Source: an uncultured Elioraea sp.
GTDB taxonomy: Bacteria; Pseudomonadota; Alphaproteobacteria; Acetobacterales; Acetobacteraceae
Reading direction: 5' to 3'
Assembly: GCA_964533585.1 (NCBI GenBank)
Contig: CAZHMM010000001.1
Span: 12,940-76,939, forward strand
Length of the DNA stretch: 64,000 nucleotides
The translations under genes were made by a program, and so were the position numbers. Below are positions 8,911 to 22,643 of the stretch, piece by piece (the stretch's first letter is position 1; each line of letters starts with the position of its first letter). The notes under the pieces were generated by a model, which saw only the letters and a list, made by a program, of their open reading frames with translations, searched no databases and had not been told where the DNA came from.

Positions 8911-10188
8911 TCACGCGACCAGGACGGCGCGGATGTCGTTCACGTTGGTCAGCGTCGGTCCGGTGACCACGAGATCGCCGAGGGCTGCGAAGAGCCCGTA
9001 GCTGTCGTGCCGCGCCAGCACTTCGGCTGGGTCGAGCCCGGCGCCGTGCGCGCGCGCGAGCGTGTCGGGGGCGACGATCGCGCCGGCCGCGTCCTCGGTG
9101 CCATCGATCCCGTCCGTGTCGCCGGCGATCGCCCAGACGCCCGGCTCGCCCTTCAGCGCGAGTGCCAGGCCGAGCAGGAAGGTCGTGTTGCGCCCGCCGC
9201 GCCCGGCCGGCCCCTTGATCGTCACCGTCGTCTCGCCGCCCGAGAGCAGCAGTGAGGGCGGTGCCACGGGCGTGCCGTGCGTGCGGCAGCCGCGCGCGAT
9301 GCCGGCCATCACCGTGCCGAGCACCGTGCTTTCGCCTTCGATCGCATCGCCAAGGATCAGCGGTGCGAGGCCACGGGCACGCGCCGCCGCCGCCGCCGCC
9401 TCGAGCGCCATCTGCGGCGTCGCGATCATGCGGAACTCGCTTGCGGCGAGGCGAGGGTCGCCCGGTTTCGGCGTCTCGTCCTCGGCGCGGTGGAGATGCG
9501 CCGCGACCTCTGCCGGCAGTTCGATGCCGTAGCGGTCGATCAGCGCGCGCGCGTCGGCGAAGCTGGTCGGGTCCGGCACCGTGGGGCCGGAGGCGATCAC
9601 CGCCGGATCGTCGCCCGGCACATCGCTGATCGCGAGCGTGACCACGCGCGCCGGATGAGCGGCGGCGGCGAGCCGCCCTCCCTTGATCGCCGACAGATGC
9701 TTCCGCACGCAATTCATTTCGTGGATGGTGGCGCCCGAATGGAGCAGCGCGCGGTTGACCGCCTGCTTGTGATCGAGCGTCAGGCCCGGCGCGGGCAGCG
9801 CCATCAAGGCCGACCCGCCGCCCGAGATCAGCGCCAGCACCAGATCCTCCGGCCCGAGCCCCTGCACCGCGGCAAGAATCCGCCGCGCCGCCGCCTCGCT
9901 GCGCGCATCGGGCACGGGGTGGGAGGCCTCCAGGACCGTGATCGACCGCGTCGGCACGGCGTGGCCGTCGCGCGTCACCACGACGCCCTCGACCTGCCCG
10001 TCCCAGGCCTCCTCGACGGCGGCCGCCATCACGGCCGCCGACTTGCCGGCGCCGACCACCACGGTGCGGCCGCGCGGGCGCTTCGGCAGATGCGCCGGCA
10101 GCACCCGCCTCGGATCGGCTGCCGCCACAGCCGAATCGAACACCGCGCGCAGCGCAGCGCGCGCCTCAGCGTCAGTCCATGACCCCAC
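8911..10188 (-). CDS. Glycerate kinase, MOFRL/TtuD type
   Basis: VVGAGKSA, EASHPVPD, ISGGGSAL, LSGGETTV, GRGGRN, DTDGIDG, TGPTLTNVND. GTG start at 10188. Confidence 0.92.
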   Translation of the reverse strand: MGSWTDAEARAALRAVFDSAVAAADPRRVLPAHLPKRPRGRTVVVGAGKSAAVMAAAVEEAWDGQVEGVVVTRDGHAVPTRSITVLEASHPVPDARSEAAARRILAAVQGLGPEDLVLALISGGGSALMALPAPGLTLDHKQAVNRALLHSGATIHEMNCVRKHLSAIKGGRLAAAAHPARVVTLAISDVPGDDPAVIASGPTVPDPTSFADARALIDRYGIELPAEVAAHLHRAEDETPKPGDPRLAASEFRMIATPQMALEAAAAAARARGLAPLILGDAIEGESTVLGTVMAGIARGCRTHGTPVAPPSLLLSGGETTVTIKGPAGRGGRNTTFLLGLALALKGEPGVWAIAGDTDGIDGTEDAAGAIVAPDTLARAHGAGLDPAEVLARHDSYGLFAALGDLVVTGPTLTNVNDIRAVLVA

Positions 10189-10285
10189 GCTGCCCCATCC
10201 TCCCACCTGATCGCGGCCGGGAGTATGGCGAACACAGGCCGGGCGCGCCATCTATGCGCGGACAGCAGCGCCGAGGAGAAGCCGC

Positions 10286-10597
<312 letters not shown>

Positions 10598-10607
10598 GGC
10601 GCGTCCG

Positions 10608-10628
10608 GGCCGCGGCGACGCCGCGGCC
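10608..10628. terminator. GC hairpin between convergent genes
   Basis: GGCCGCGGC-GAC-GCCGCGGCC; no U-tract seen. Confidence 0.35.
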
Positions 10629-10667
10629 GTGAGCCGAGGATCGCGTGTCTGCCGGGCCGTGCCCGGC

Positions 10668-10793
10668 CTAGAGCCGCACGCCGCTGGTCGTGAACGCGGC
10701 CTCGGCGCTCTGCTGGAAGTTCTGGTCGAGCAGATACCACGCGCCGACCGCGAGCCCGACGGCGACGATCACGGCGATGATGAAGGCCTTCAT
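10668..10793 (-). CDS. 41-aa single-TM small protein
   Basis: MKAFIIAVIVAVGLAVGAWYLLDQNFQQSAEAAFTTSGVRL; GC3-rich codons and an upstream GGGAG. Confidence 0.7.
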   Translation of the reverse strand: MKAFIIAVIVAVGLAVGAWYLLDQNFQQSAEAAFTTSGVRL

Positions 10794-10923
10794 GGCTGAC
10801 CGCCCACTCCCTTGCCTGGGCTCTCTCATGCGCCGTTTGCGGCCAGTTTTCAAGCATCCGTGCTGCGCATTGACGCGGCCGGCGGCGGGCGCGCATCGTT
10901 CATGCTCGACGGCGGAGGCACCG

Positions 10924-11913
10924 ATGGCGCGGATCGCACGACGCAGCCTGGTCGCAGGCATCGCATCGGGGGTTGCGCTGCCTGGCATCCTGCGCGCCCA
11001 GGCAGCGCCGCCGATCCGCATCGTCGTGCCGGCGGCTCGCGGCGAGCCGCTCGACTCGCTCGCACGGCTGCTCGCGGATCGGCTGATCCCGTTCCTCGGC
11101 CGGGGCATGGTGGTCGAGGCCCAGATCGGTGCGGGCGGGCTGACCGCCGCCGAGGCGCTGGCGACCGCGCCGCCCGACGACACGGTGATCGGCATCCTCG
11201 GTGCAGCGACGCTCTGCGCCGCGCCGGCGGTGTACGGGCGCGTGGACTTCGATCCGCTGCGCGCGCTGCGCCCCGTCACCCAGGTCACCGAAACCGCGGT
11301 GGTGCTCGCGGTCGAGAGCGCGCAGGCGCGGGCGCGCGGCTGGGCCGACCTGCCGACGTTGCTTGCCTGGGCGAAGGCCCATCCCGGCGCGCTCGCGATC
11401 GCCCATGCGGGTGTGGGGACCGAGAGCCATCTCGCGCTGGTGGCGCTTGCCGACGCGGCGGAGGTGGCGATCGCGGAGGGGCCGGCGCGCGACGGCACCG
11501 CGGCCGATCTCGTGGCCGGCGTGGTCGATGGCGCGGCGGATCTGCCCGGCGCCGTGCTGCCGGCGATTGCGGCGGGGCGCGCACGGCCGGTCGGCGTCAG
11601 CAGCCGCCGGCGGCTGTCGCTGCTGCCGGATGTGCCGGCCTTCGCCGAATACCCCGGAGTCGGACTTGGCGCGATCGACCTGCGCGGCTGGAACATGGTC
11701 GTGGTGCCCGCAACCATGCCGGACCCCGACGTGCAGCGCCTCTCCGTCGCCATCCGCCGTGTGGCGTCCCATCCCGAGTTCGCCCCGGTGCTGCGCCGCC
11801 CCGGCTACGCGGTCGCGCTCAGCGTCAGTCCGGAGGCGGCAGCGCAGATGATCGCCGAGGAGGCGCCGAAATGGCAGCGCCTGGCCGAACTCTCCGGTGC
11901 GGCAGCGAACTGA
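10924..11913 (+). CDS. Bug/TctC tripartite tricarboxylate transporter-type substrate-binding protein
   Basis: Tat-like RRSLVAG, PIRIVVP, FDPLRAL.PV, HLALV, LPDVPAFAE, GWNMVVVPA, AEEAPKW. Confidence 0.85.
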   Translation: MARIARRSLVAGIASGVALPGILRAQAAPPIRIVVPAARGEPLDSLARLLADRLIPFLGRGMVVEAQIGAGGLTAAEALATAPPDDTVIGILGAATLCAAPAVYGRVDFDPLRALRPVTQVTETAVVLAVESAQARARGWADLPTLLAWAKAHPGALAIAHAGVGTESHLALVALADAAEVAIAEGPARDGTAADLVAGVVDGAADLPGAVLPAIAAGRARPVGVSSRRRLSLLPDVPAFAEYPGVGLGAIDLRGWNMVVVPATMPDPDVQRLSVAIRRVASHPEFAPVLRRPGYAVALSVSPEAAAQMIAEEAPKWQRLAELSGAAAN

Positions 11914-11916
11914 GCG

Positions 11917-12552
11917 CTACAGGCCGGGATGGGCGGCGAGCAGCGCCTCGGCCTCGGCGAGGTCGTCCGGCGCGTTGGCGTTGAAGAACGGATCGAGCGG
12001 CGTCGTGGGCCAGTCCGCATAGGCAATGCCGTGCCGTGCGGTCCAGTGGTCGATCTTGCGTTCGTTCCCGACCACCAGCGCATGGCGCAGATCGGCGCGC
12101 AGCGAGACCGGCCAGAGTCCGATCGGCGGGTGGGTCCGACCGTCGGAGCGTGCGCAGGCGAGCGGCGCTCCGGCGGCAGCGCGCGCGGCGTGCAGCCGCG
12201 CCACCAGGTCGCGCGGCAGGAACGGCCCGTCGGTCGGCGCGGAGGCGACCCAGGCGATGTCGGGCATTTCGCGCGCGGCCCAGTCCAGCGCGGCGAGGAT
12301 GCCGGCGAGCGGACCCGCGAAACCCGGCACGTCGTCGGGCACGATCGGCAGATCGAGAAAGGCGAGGCGGGCCGGATCGCCGTTCGCGTTGACGATCAGC
12401 CCAGCGCATTGCGGGGCAAGCCGGGCGATCACGCGCGCAATGATGGTCTCGCCGCCCACGCGCTTCAGCCCCTTGTCGCCGCCGCCCATGCGGCGTGCGA
12501 GGCCGCCGGCCAGCAGCACGCCGAGGGTGGGCGGATGGTCAGTCGTCGTCAC
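11917..12552 (-). CDS. mobA: Molybdenum cofactor guanylyltransferase
   Basis: [45 protein letters not shown] overlap with fdhD. Confidence 0.93.
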   Translation of the reverse strand: MTTTDHPPTLGVLLAGGLARRMGGGDKGLKRVGGETIIARVIARLAPQCAGLIVNANGDPARLAFLDLPIVPDDVPGFAGPLAGILAALDWAAREMPDIAWVASAPTDGPFLPRDLVARLHAARAAAGAPLACARSDGRTHPPIGLWPVSLRADLRHALVVGNERKIDHWTARHGIAYADWPTTPLDPFFNANAPDDLAEAEALLAAHPGL

Positions 12553-13436
12553 GGGTCGTTGTCTTGCGCGCCCTTGCGGCGGTGCTTCGCGCTCTCCTCC
12601 TCGACGAAGCCTGGGTCGAGATCGAAGACGATGCGCTGCGCGCCGGCCAGCGCGAGGAAGCGCCTGCCGCGCGCGCGGCCGATCAGCGTCAGTCCTGCCT
12701 GGCGCGCGAGCTCGACGCCCCAAGCGGTGAAGCCCGAGCGGCTGACCAGGATCGGGATGCCCATCTGCACGGTCTTGATCACCATCTCCGAGGTCAGCCG
12801 GCCGGTGGTGTAGAAGATCTTGTCGCCCGGCTCGACACCATGGCGGAACATGTAGCCGGCGATCTTGTCCACCGCGTTGTGCCGGCCGACATCCTCCATG
12901 TAGACCAGCGGATGATCCTCGTGGCAGAGCACGCAGCCATGGATCGCGCCCGCCTCGAGATACAGGCTCGGCATGGTGTTGATCGCGTGGGTGAGGCGAT
13001 AGAGCCAGCTCGTCCGCAGTTCCGCGTCCGGAAGCCGGACGCGTTCGAACCGCTCCATCAGGTCGCCGAACGCGGTGCCCTGCGCGCAGCCCGAGGTGAG
13101 GGTCTTCTTCTTCAGCTTCTGCTGGTAGTCGGTCGCGCGCGCGGTGCGCACGACCACGACGTCAAGTTCCTCGTCGTGCTCGACGCCCGTCACCTCATCG
13201 TCCGGGCGCAGCATGTTCTGGTTCAGCAGGTAGCCGAGCGCGAGATACTCGGGGAAGTCGCCGATCGTCATCATCGTGACGATCTCCTGCCCGTTCAGGA
13301 ACAGCGTCAGCGGCCGCTCGACCGTGACGCTGGTCTCGACGGCGGTGCCCGTGTGGTCTATCCCGCGCACGCGCCGTGTGAGGCGCGGGTCCGTCGGGTC
13401 GGGGACGATCAGCGGAGCGTCCGCGTTGGTCTCCAT
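12549..13436 (-). CDS. fdhD: Formate dehydrogenase accessory sulfurtransferase
   Basis: [44 protein letters not shown]. Confidence 0.93.
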   Translation of the reverse strand: METNADAPLIVPDPTDPRLTRRVRGIDHTGTAVETSVTVERPLTLFLNGQEIVTMMTIGDFPEYLALGYLLNQNMLRPDDEVTGVEHDEELDVVVVRTARATDYQQKLKKKTLTSGCAQGTAFGDLMERFERVRLPDAELRTSWLYRLTHAINTMPSLYLEAGAIHGCVLCHEDHPLVYMEDVGRHNAVDKIAGYMFRHGVEPGDKIFYTTGRLTSEMVIKTVQMGIPILVSRSGFTAWGVELARQAGLTLIGRARGRRFLALAGAQRIVFDLDPGFVEEESAKHRRKGAQDNDP

Positions 13437-13488
13437 GAACCGAAGATGTGGCCCCGGAACATCGGCATCAAGAGTTCGGGGAGGCGGC

Positions 13489-14271
13489 ATGGCAGATCGA
13501 CTGCTCGGCAAGGTGGCGCTGGTCACGGGCGCCGCATCGGGGATCGGCCGGGCGATCGCGCTGCGCTTCGCGCGCGAAGGCGCGATCGTCGTGATCGCGG
13601 ACATCACCGAGACGGTGCGCGAGGGCGGCGAGCCGACCCGCGCGATCCTGGAACGCGAAGGCCGGCCGGTGGTGTTCCGGCGGACCGACGTCTCGAACGA
13701 AGCCGAGGCCGAGGCGGCGGTGGCGGCGGCGGTGGACCGGTTCGGCCGGCTCGACATCCTGGTGAACAACGCGATCGGCGGTGCGCGGGGAGGGCGGTTC
13801 ACCGACACCACGCTCGAAGAGTGGAGTGCCACCCTTGCGGTCGGCATCACCGGGGTGTTCCTGATGAGCCGCGCAGCCGTGCGTCAGATGCTGACGCAGG
13901 CGGCCGGCGAGGAGGGGGTGCGCGGCCGGATCGTCAATATCGGCAGCCAGCACGGCATGGTGGCCGCGCCAGAGGACGTCGCCTATGGCGTGGCCAAGGC
14001 CGGCACGAACTACATCACGCGTCAGGTCGCGGTCGACTATGCCAAGGACGGGATCGTCTGCAACGGGGTCGCGCCGGGCAAGATCCTCACGGGCAAGACC
14101 GGCCGCGCGGTCGAGCCGCGCTGGCTCGACTACAGCCACCTGCGCACGCCCTGGCCGCGGCTCGGCCGCGGCGAGGACGTCGCCAACGCCGCGCTGTTCC
14201 TCGCCTCGGACGAGGCGACCTACATCACCGGCGAGGTGTTGATGGTGGATGGCGGCTGGATGGCCTATTGA
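13489..14271 (+). CDS. SDR-family NAD(P)-dependent oxidoreductase
   Basis: TGAASGIG, LVNNA, YGVAK (YxxxK). Confidence 0.9.
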   Translation: MADRLLGKVALVTGAASGIGRAIALRFAREGAIVVIADITETVREGGEPTRAILEREGRPVVFRRTDVSNEAEAEAAVAAAVDRFGRLDILVNNAIGGARGGRFTDTTLEEWSATLAVGITGVFLMSRAAVRQMLTQAAGEEGVRGRIVNIGSQHGMVAAPEDVAYGVAKAGTNYITRQVAVDYAKDGIVCNGVAPGKILTGKTGRAVEPRWLDYSHLRTPWPRLGRGEDVANAALFLASDEATYITGEVLMVDGGWMAY

Positions 14272-14326
14272 GGCCGCCACTCCCGCCGGTGTGGACCGTG
14301 CGGTGGCCGCCCGCTACATCCCGCTC

Positions 14327-15319
14327 ATGCCCGCCGCCGAGTCCGATGCTGGCTTCGCGCCGCTCCTGAGCGAGCGGCTGCGGCTGCGCGCGATCACGCC
14401 CGATGACGCCGCCGCGCTGCACCGGCTGATCAACGACTGGGACGTCGCGCGCATGCTGGGCGGCGTGCCGTTTCCCTATCCGCGCGAGGAACTCGCCGCC
14501 TGGATTGCGGCCGCCTCCGCCGACCTCGCCTCCGGCCGCGCGTGGCACCTCGTCATCACCGGCCGCGAGGAGGAGCATCCGGTGGGCGTGATCGGGCTGA
14601 CCCGCGAGGACGCGCGGACGGCGCGGCTCGGCTACTGGATCGGCCGGCGCTACTGGGGGCATGGCGTCGCCTCCGAGGCGGCCGGCCGGATGGTGCAGTT
14701 CGCGTTCGGCCGGCTGGGGCTCGACACGCTCACCGCCTATGTCGCCGACGACAACGATGCCTCGGCGCGGGTGCTCGCCAGGCACGGCTTCCGCTTCACG
14801 CATGAGGCCGAGCACGATTTCCGCTCGCGCGGCGGCGCGTTCCCGGTGCGCTGGTTCCGCCTGACGCGCGCCGACGTGATGAAGGCATCCGGCCATGGCG
14901 AGGCCACGCCTGGCGCCGCGCGGCCGATCGTGCTGGTCGCGGCGGTGGCGCTGATCGACGCCGATGGCCGCGTGCTGCTCGCGCGCCGCCCGGAAGGCAA
15001 GGCGCTCGCCGGGCTGTGGGAGTTCCCGGGCGGCAAGCTGGCGGAGGGCGAGACGCCCGAGGCGGCGCTGATCCGCGAACTGAAGGAGGAGCTCGGCATC
15101 GATGTCTCGGCCGCCTGCCTCGCGCCCTTCGCCTTCGCGAGCCACGCCTACGAAACGTTCCATCTGCTGATGCCGCTCTATCTGTGCCGGCGCTGGCAGG
15201 GCGAGGTCGCGCCGCGCGAGGGCCAGGAGCTCGCCTGGGTGCGGCCGATGCGGCTCGCCGACTATCCGATGCCGCCGGCGGATGTGCCGCTGGTGGCGCA
15301 GCTTCGCGACTTCCTCTAG
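14327..15319 (+). CDS. GNAT (RimJ-like) acetyltransferase fused to a MutT-like NUDIX hydrolase
   Basis: N-half: ERLRLR, LGYWIGRRYWGHG.ASEA, NDASARVL..GF. C-half: WEFPGGK...GETPEAALIRELKEELG (Nudix box). Confidence 0.9.
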   Translation: MPAAESDAGFAPLLSERLRLRAITPDDAAALHRLINDWDVARMLGGVPFPYPREELAAWIAAASADLASGRAWHLVITGREEEHPVGVIGLTREDARTARLGYWIGRRYWGHGVASEAAGRMVQFAFGRLGLDTLTAYVADDNDASARVLARHGFRFTHEAEHDFRSRGGAFPVRWFRLTRADVMKASGHGEATPGAARPIVLVAAVALIDADGRVLLARRPEGKALAGLWEFPGGKLAEGETPEAALIRELKEELGIDVSAACLAPFAFASHAYETFHLLMPLYLCRRWQGEVAPREGQELAWVRPMRLADYPMPPADVPLVAQLRDFL

Positions 15320-15337
15320 CCCCGCCTGGAGCCCGGT

Positions 15338-16111
15338 ATGACCGCAGACGACCGCCCGACCGCCGCGCTGATCATCATCGGCGACGAGGTGCTGTCGGGG
15401 CGCACGCAGGACGTGAACCTGAAATACCTCGCGAGCCGACTTGGCGAGCTCGGCATTCCGCTGCGCGAGGCGCGCGTGATCCCGGATGACCGGGCGGTGA
15501 TCATCGCGACGGTGAACGAGCTGAGGCGCGCCCATACCTATGTCTTCACCACCGGCGGTATCGGCCCGACGCATGATGACATCACCAGCGAGTGCGTCGC
15601 CGAGGCGTTCGGTCTGGCCTGGGAGCCGCATCCGGAGGCGTGGGAGCTGCTCGCGCGCGACTATGCGAGCCGCACCCCACCGGTCGAGTTCAACGCCGCG
15701 CGCCAGCGCATGGCGACGATGCCGCGCGGTGCCGCGCTGATCCGCAACGCGGTCTCGGTCGCGCCCGGCTTCCGGGTGGAGAACGTTCACGTGCTCGCAG
15801 GCGTGCCGAAGGTGATGCAGGCGATGTTCGAGGTGATCGCGCCGACGCTCGCGGGCGGGCGGCCGACCGTCAGCCGCACCGTGCATGCGGTGCGCGCGAT
15901 GGAGGGGCAGATCGCCGCGGGGCTGGGCGCGATCCAAGACGAGAGTCCCGGGGTTTCGCTCGGTTCCTATCCCTACTACCGCTCGGCCGGGGGAGGGGTG
16001 GCGATCGTCGCGCGCGGCACCGACGTCGCCGCGGTGGACGCCGCCGCCGAGAAGGTGCGGGCGCTGTTCCGTGGGCTCGGCTTCGAGCCGCGCGACGGCG
16101 AGCCCGACTAA
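15338..16111 (+). CDS. CinA-like molybdopterin-binding-domain protein (COG1058 type)
   Basis: IIIGDEVLSGRTQDVN, TGGIGPTHDDIT, LAGVPKVM, LGSYP. Confidence 0.88.
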   Translation: MTADDRPTAALIIIGDEVLSGRTQDVNLKYLASRLGELGIPLREARVIPDDRAVIIATVNELRRAHTYVFTTGGIGPTHDDITSECVAEAFGLAWEPHPEAWELLARDYASRTPPVEFNAARQRMATMPRGAALIRNAVSVAPGFRVENVHVLAGVPKVMQAMFEVIAPTLAGGRPTVSRTVHAVRAMEGQIAAGLGAIQDESPGVSLGSYPYYRSAGGGVAIVARGTDVAAVDAAAEKVRALFRGLGFEPRDGEPD

Positions 16112-16545
16112 TCGGCGGTCGGTTTCGCGCGCATCGCCTTGGTGCGGGCGCGCCGCACCTTGCCCTCGACCCGGCGCTGCTTCGAGGCGAGAGTCGGTCG
16201 TGTCGGGCGGCGCGGCACCGGCGGCTCGGCCGCGTCGCGGAGGATCGCGACGAGGCGGGCGAGCGCGTCCTCGCGGTTGCGCGGCTGATCGCGGAAGCGC
16301 TGCGCGCTGATCACGATGACGCCCTCGTTGGTCAGCCGCCGCCCGGCGATGCGTGCGGCGCGCGTCTTCACCGCCGCCGGCAGCGAGGGGCTGTTCGCAA
16401 GATCAAAGCGCAGCTCGACGGCCGAGGAGACCTTGTTGACGTTCTGCCCGCCCGGTCCGCCGGCGCGCACGAAGGTCTCGGTGATCTCGTCGCGATCGAT
16501 CGCAAGGCCGGGCGCGATGGCGATCCTGCCGTCGTCCTCGGCCAT
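16108..16545 (-). CDS. arfB: Alternative ribosome rescue aminoacyl-tRNA hydrolase
   Basis: RAGGPGGQNVNKVSSAVELRF and a basic C-tail RRPTRPT..SKQRR..K. Confidence 0.93.
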   Translation of the reverse strand: MAEDDGRIAIAPGLAIDRDEITETFVRAGGPGGQNVNKVSSAVELRFDLANSPSLPAAVKTRAARIAGRRLTNEGVIVISAQRFRDQPRNREDALARLVAILRDAAEPPVPRRPTRPTLASKQRRVEGKVRRARTKAMRAKPTAD

Positions 16546-16550
16546 CGGGC

Positions 16551-17513
16551 TCAGGCCGCGCGCAGCAGACGCACCGGTGCGCCCGCGCGCCAGGCGGCGA
16601 TGCATTCGACCATGTCCTCGTAGAACACGCTGTAGGTGCCTTCGGTGACAAAGCCGAGATGCGGCGCGAGCACGACGTTGTCGAGCGTGCGCAGCGGATG
16701 CTCGGCCGGCAACGGCTCGACGTCGTACACGTCGAGGCCGGCGCCGGCGATGCGTTCCTCGCGCAGTGCGGCGATCAGCGCCGCCTCGTCGACGATCGGC
16801 CCGCGCGACGTGTTCACCAGGAACGCCGATGGCTTCATGAGCGCGAGTTCCGTCGCACCGACCAGCCCGCGTGTCCGCTCGCCGAGCACGAGGTGGACCG
16901 AAACGACGTCCGCCTCGCGGAACAGCGTCTCCTTGGAGACATGGCTCACGCCGGCGGCTTCGGCGCGCTCGGGCGTCAGATTCGCGCTCCAGGCGAGCAC
17001 GCGCATGCCGAGCGCGCTGCCGAGTTCGGCCATGCGCTTGCCCATCCGTCCGAGGCCGAGCAGGCCGAGCGTGCGGCCGTGCAGCGTCATCCCGACCGTG
17101 CGCTGCCAGAGCCCCTGCCGCATGCCGCGATCCTCGAAGGCGAGGCGGCGCGCGCAGGCGATCATCAGTCCAAGCGCAAGCTCGGTGGTGGCGTAGTAGG
17201 AGTCGCCGCCGCGGGTGTGCGTCACCGTGACGCCGCGCGCCTCGGCCGCGGCCAGGTCGAGGGTGCGGTTGTGCGCCCCCGTCACCACGATCAGCTTCAG
17301 CTTCGGCAGGCGCGCGATCAGCTCGGCCGGCATCGCCATGCGCTCGCGCAGCAGGCAGATCACGTCGAACCCGGCGAGCGCGTCGGCCGCCTGCTCGACA
17401 GTCGTAAGGTTGCGGTCGAACACCGTCACCCGGCAATCCGCGCCCAGACGCGACCAATCGGCCATGGACAGGGCCACGCGCTGGTAGTCGTCCAGCACGG
17501 CGATCTCGATCAT
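16551..17513 (-). CDS. D-2-hydroxyacid dehydrogenase family protein
   Basis: AVLDDYQ, LRER, GLLGLGRMG, VNTSRGPIVDE, GLDVYDVEPL, PHLGFV. Confidence 0.92.
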   Translation of the reverse strand: MIEIAVLDDYQRVALSMADWSRLGADCRVTVFDRNLTTVEQAADALAGFDVICLLRERMAMPAELIARLPKLKLIVVTGAHNRTLDLAAAEARGVTVTHTRGGDSYYATTELALGLMIACARRLAFEDRGMRQGLWQRTVGMTLHGRTLGLLGLGRMGKRMAELGSALGMRVLAWSANLTPERAEAAGVSHVSKETLFREADVVSVHLVLGERTRGLVGATELALMKPSAFLVNTSRGPIVDEAALIAALREERIAGAGLDVYDVEPLPAEHPLRTLDNVVLAPHLGFVTEGTYSVFYEDMVECIAAWRAGAPVRLLRAA

Positions 17514-17571
17514 CAGGCGCTCCTTCGCGACGGTGACACGCCCCGCCCCGTGAACGATCGCCCCCGTCCGG

Positions 17572-22119
<4,548 letters not shown>

Positions 22120-22130
22120 CGTCGTGCCCC

Positions 22131-22643
22131 TCAGAACCTGATCCCGCGCAACCGCTGGTCGGCGGCGCGCGCGGCGAGCGCCTCCTCACCGATCTTGCGC
22201 AGCCAGTCGCCGCTCGCGCGGTCGAGCTCGAAGGCGACGATCTGCAAGGCGCCCTCCATGCGCTGGTCGAGATTGAGCTCGAGGAAGCGGCGCATGATGT
22301 AGAGCTCCTCGGCGGTGAAGCCGCGCACCAGCGGCTGCACCGCCGCCTCGATCAGCTCGTCGAGCCGAGCGGCCACCGCCGGCACGATCACCGTCTCGAC
22401 CGCACGGCGGACATCCTCCTCGCGTGCGGGGTTCTGCTGGTTGAGGTGCTGACGCAGCCCCTCTGCCATTGCCGGCATGCTTTCCATCAGCTGGTCGCGC
22501 AGTCCGGCCGCGAGCACCAGCGCTTTCGCCTCGGCCTGCGCGGTCGGTGCGGGCTGGCCGGGCTGCACCGTCTGGGCGTGCGCGCCCTGAACGAGCCCGA
22601 GGGCAAGGGTGAGGATCAGCAGGCTACGGCGCATGGGGATCAC
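22131..22643 (-). CDS. Exported helical protein, DUF2059-like
   Basis: Signal peptide (..GAHA), FTAEEL..MRRF. GTG 22643 overlaps the gltD stop; ATG 22634 is an alternative start. Confidence 0.65.
   Translation of the reverse strand: MIPMRRSLLILTLALGLVQGAHAQTVQPGQPAPTAQAEAKALVLAAGLRDQLMESMPAMAEGLRQHLNQQNPAREEDVRRAVETVIVPAVAARLDELIEAAVQPLVRGFTAEELYIMRRFLELNLDQRMEGALQIVAFELDRASGDWLRKIGEEALAARAADQRLRGIRF

Noticed and set aside
7466-10188. Glycerate kinase-pyruvate kinase pair as a tartrate utilisation (ttu) operon
   Set aside because: It resembles ttuD-ttuE, but no tartrate dehydrogenase, transporter or regulator is present. It only supports a glycerate-to-pyruvate link.
11917-13436. fdhD-mobA without formate dehydrogenase genes
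   Set aside because: A common stand-alone Moco maturation pair in alphaproteobacteria.
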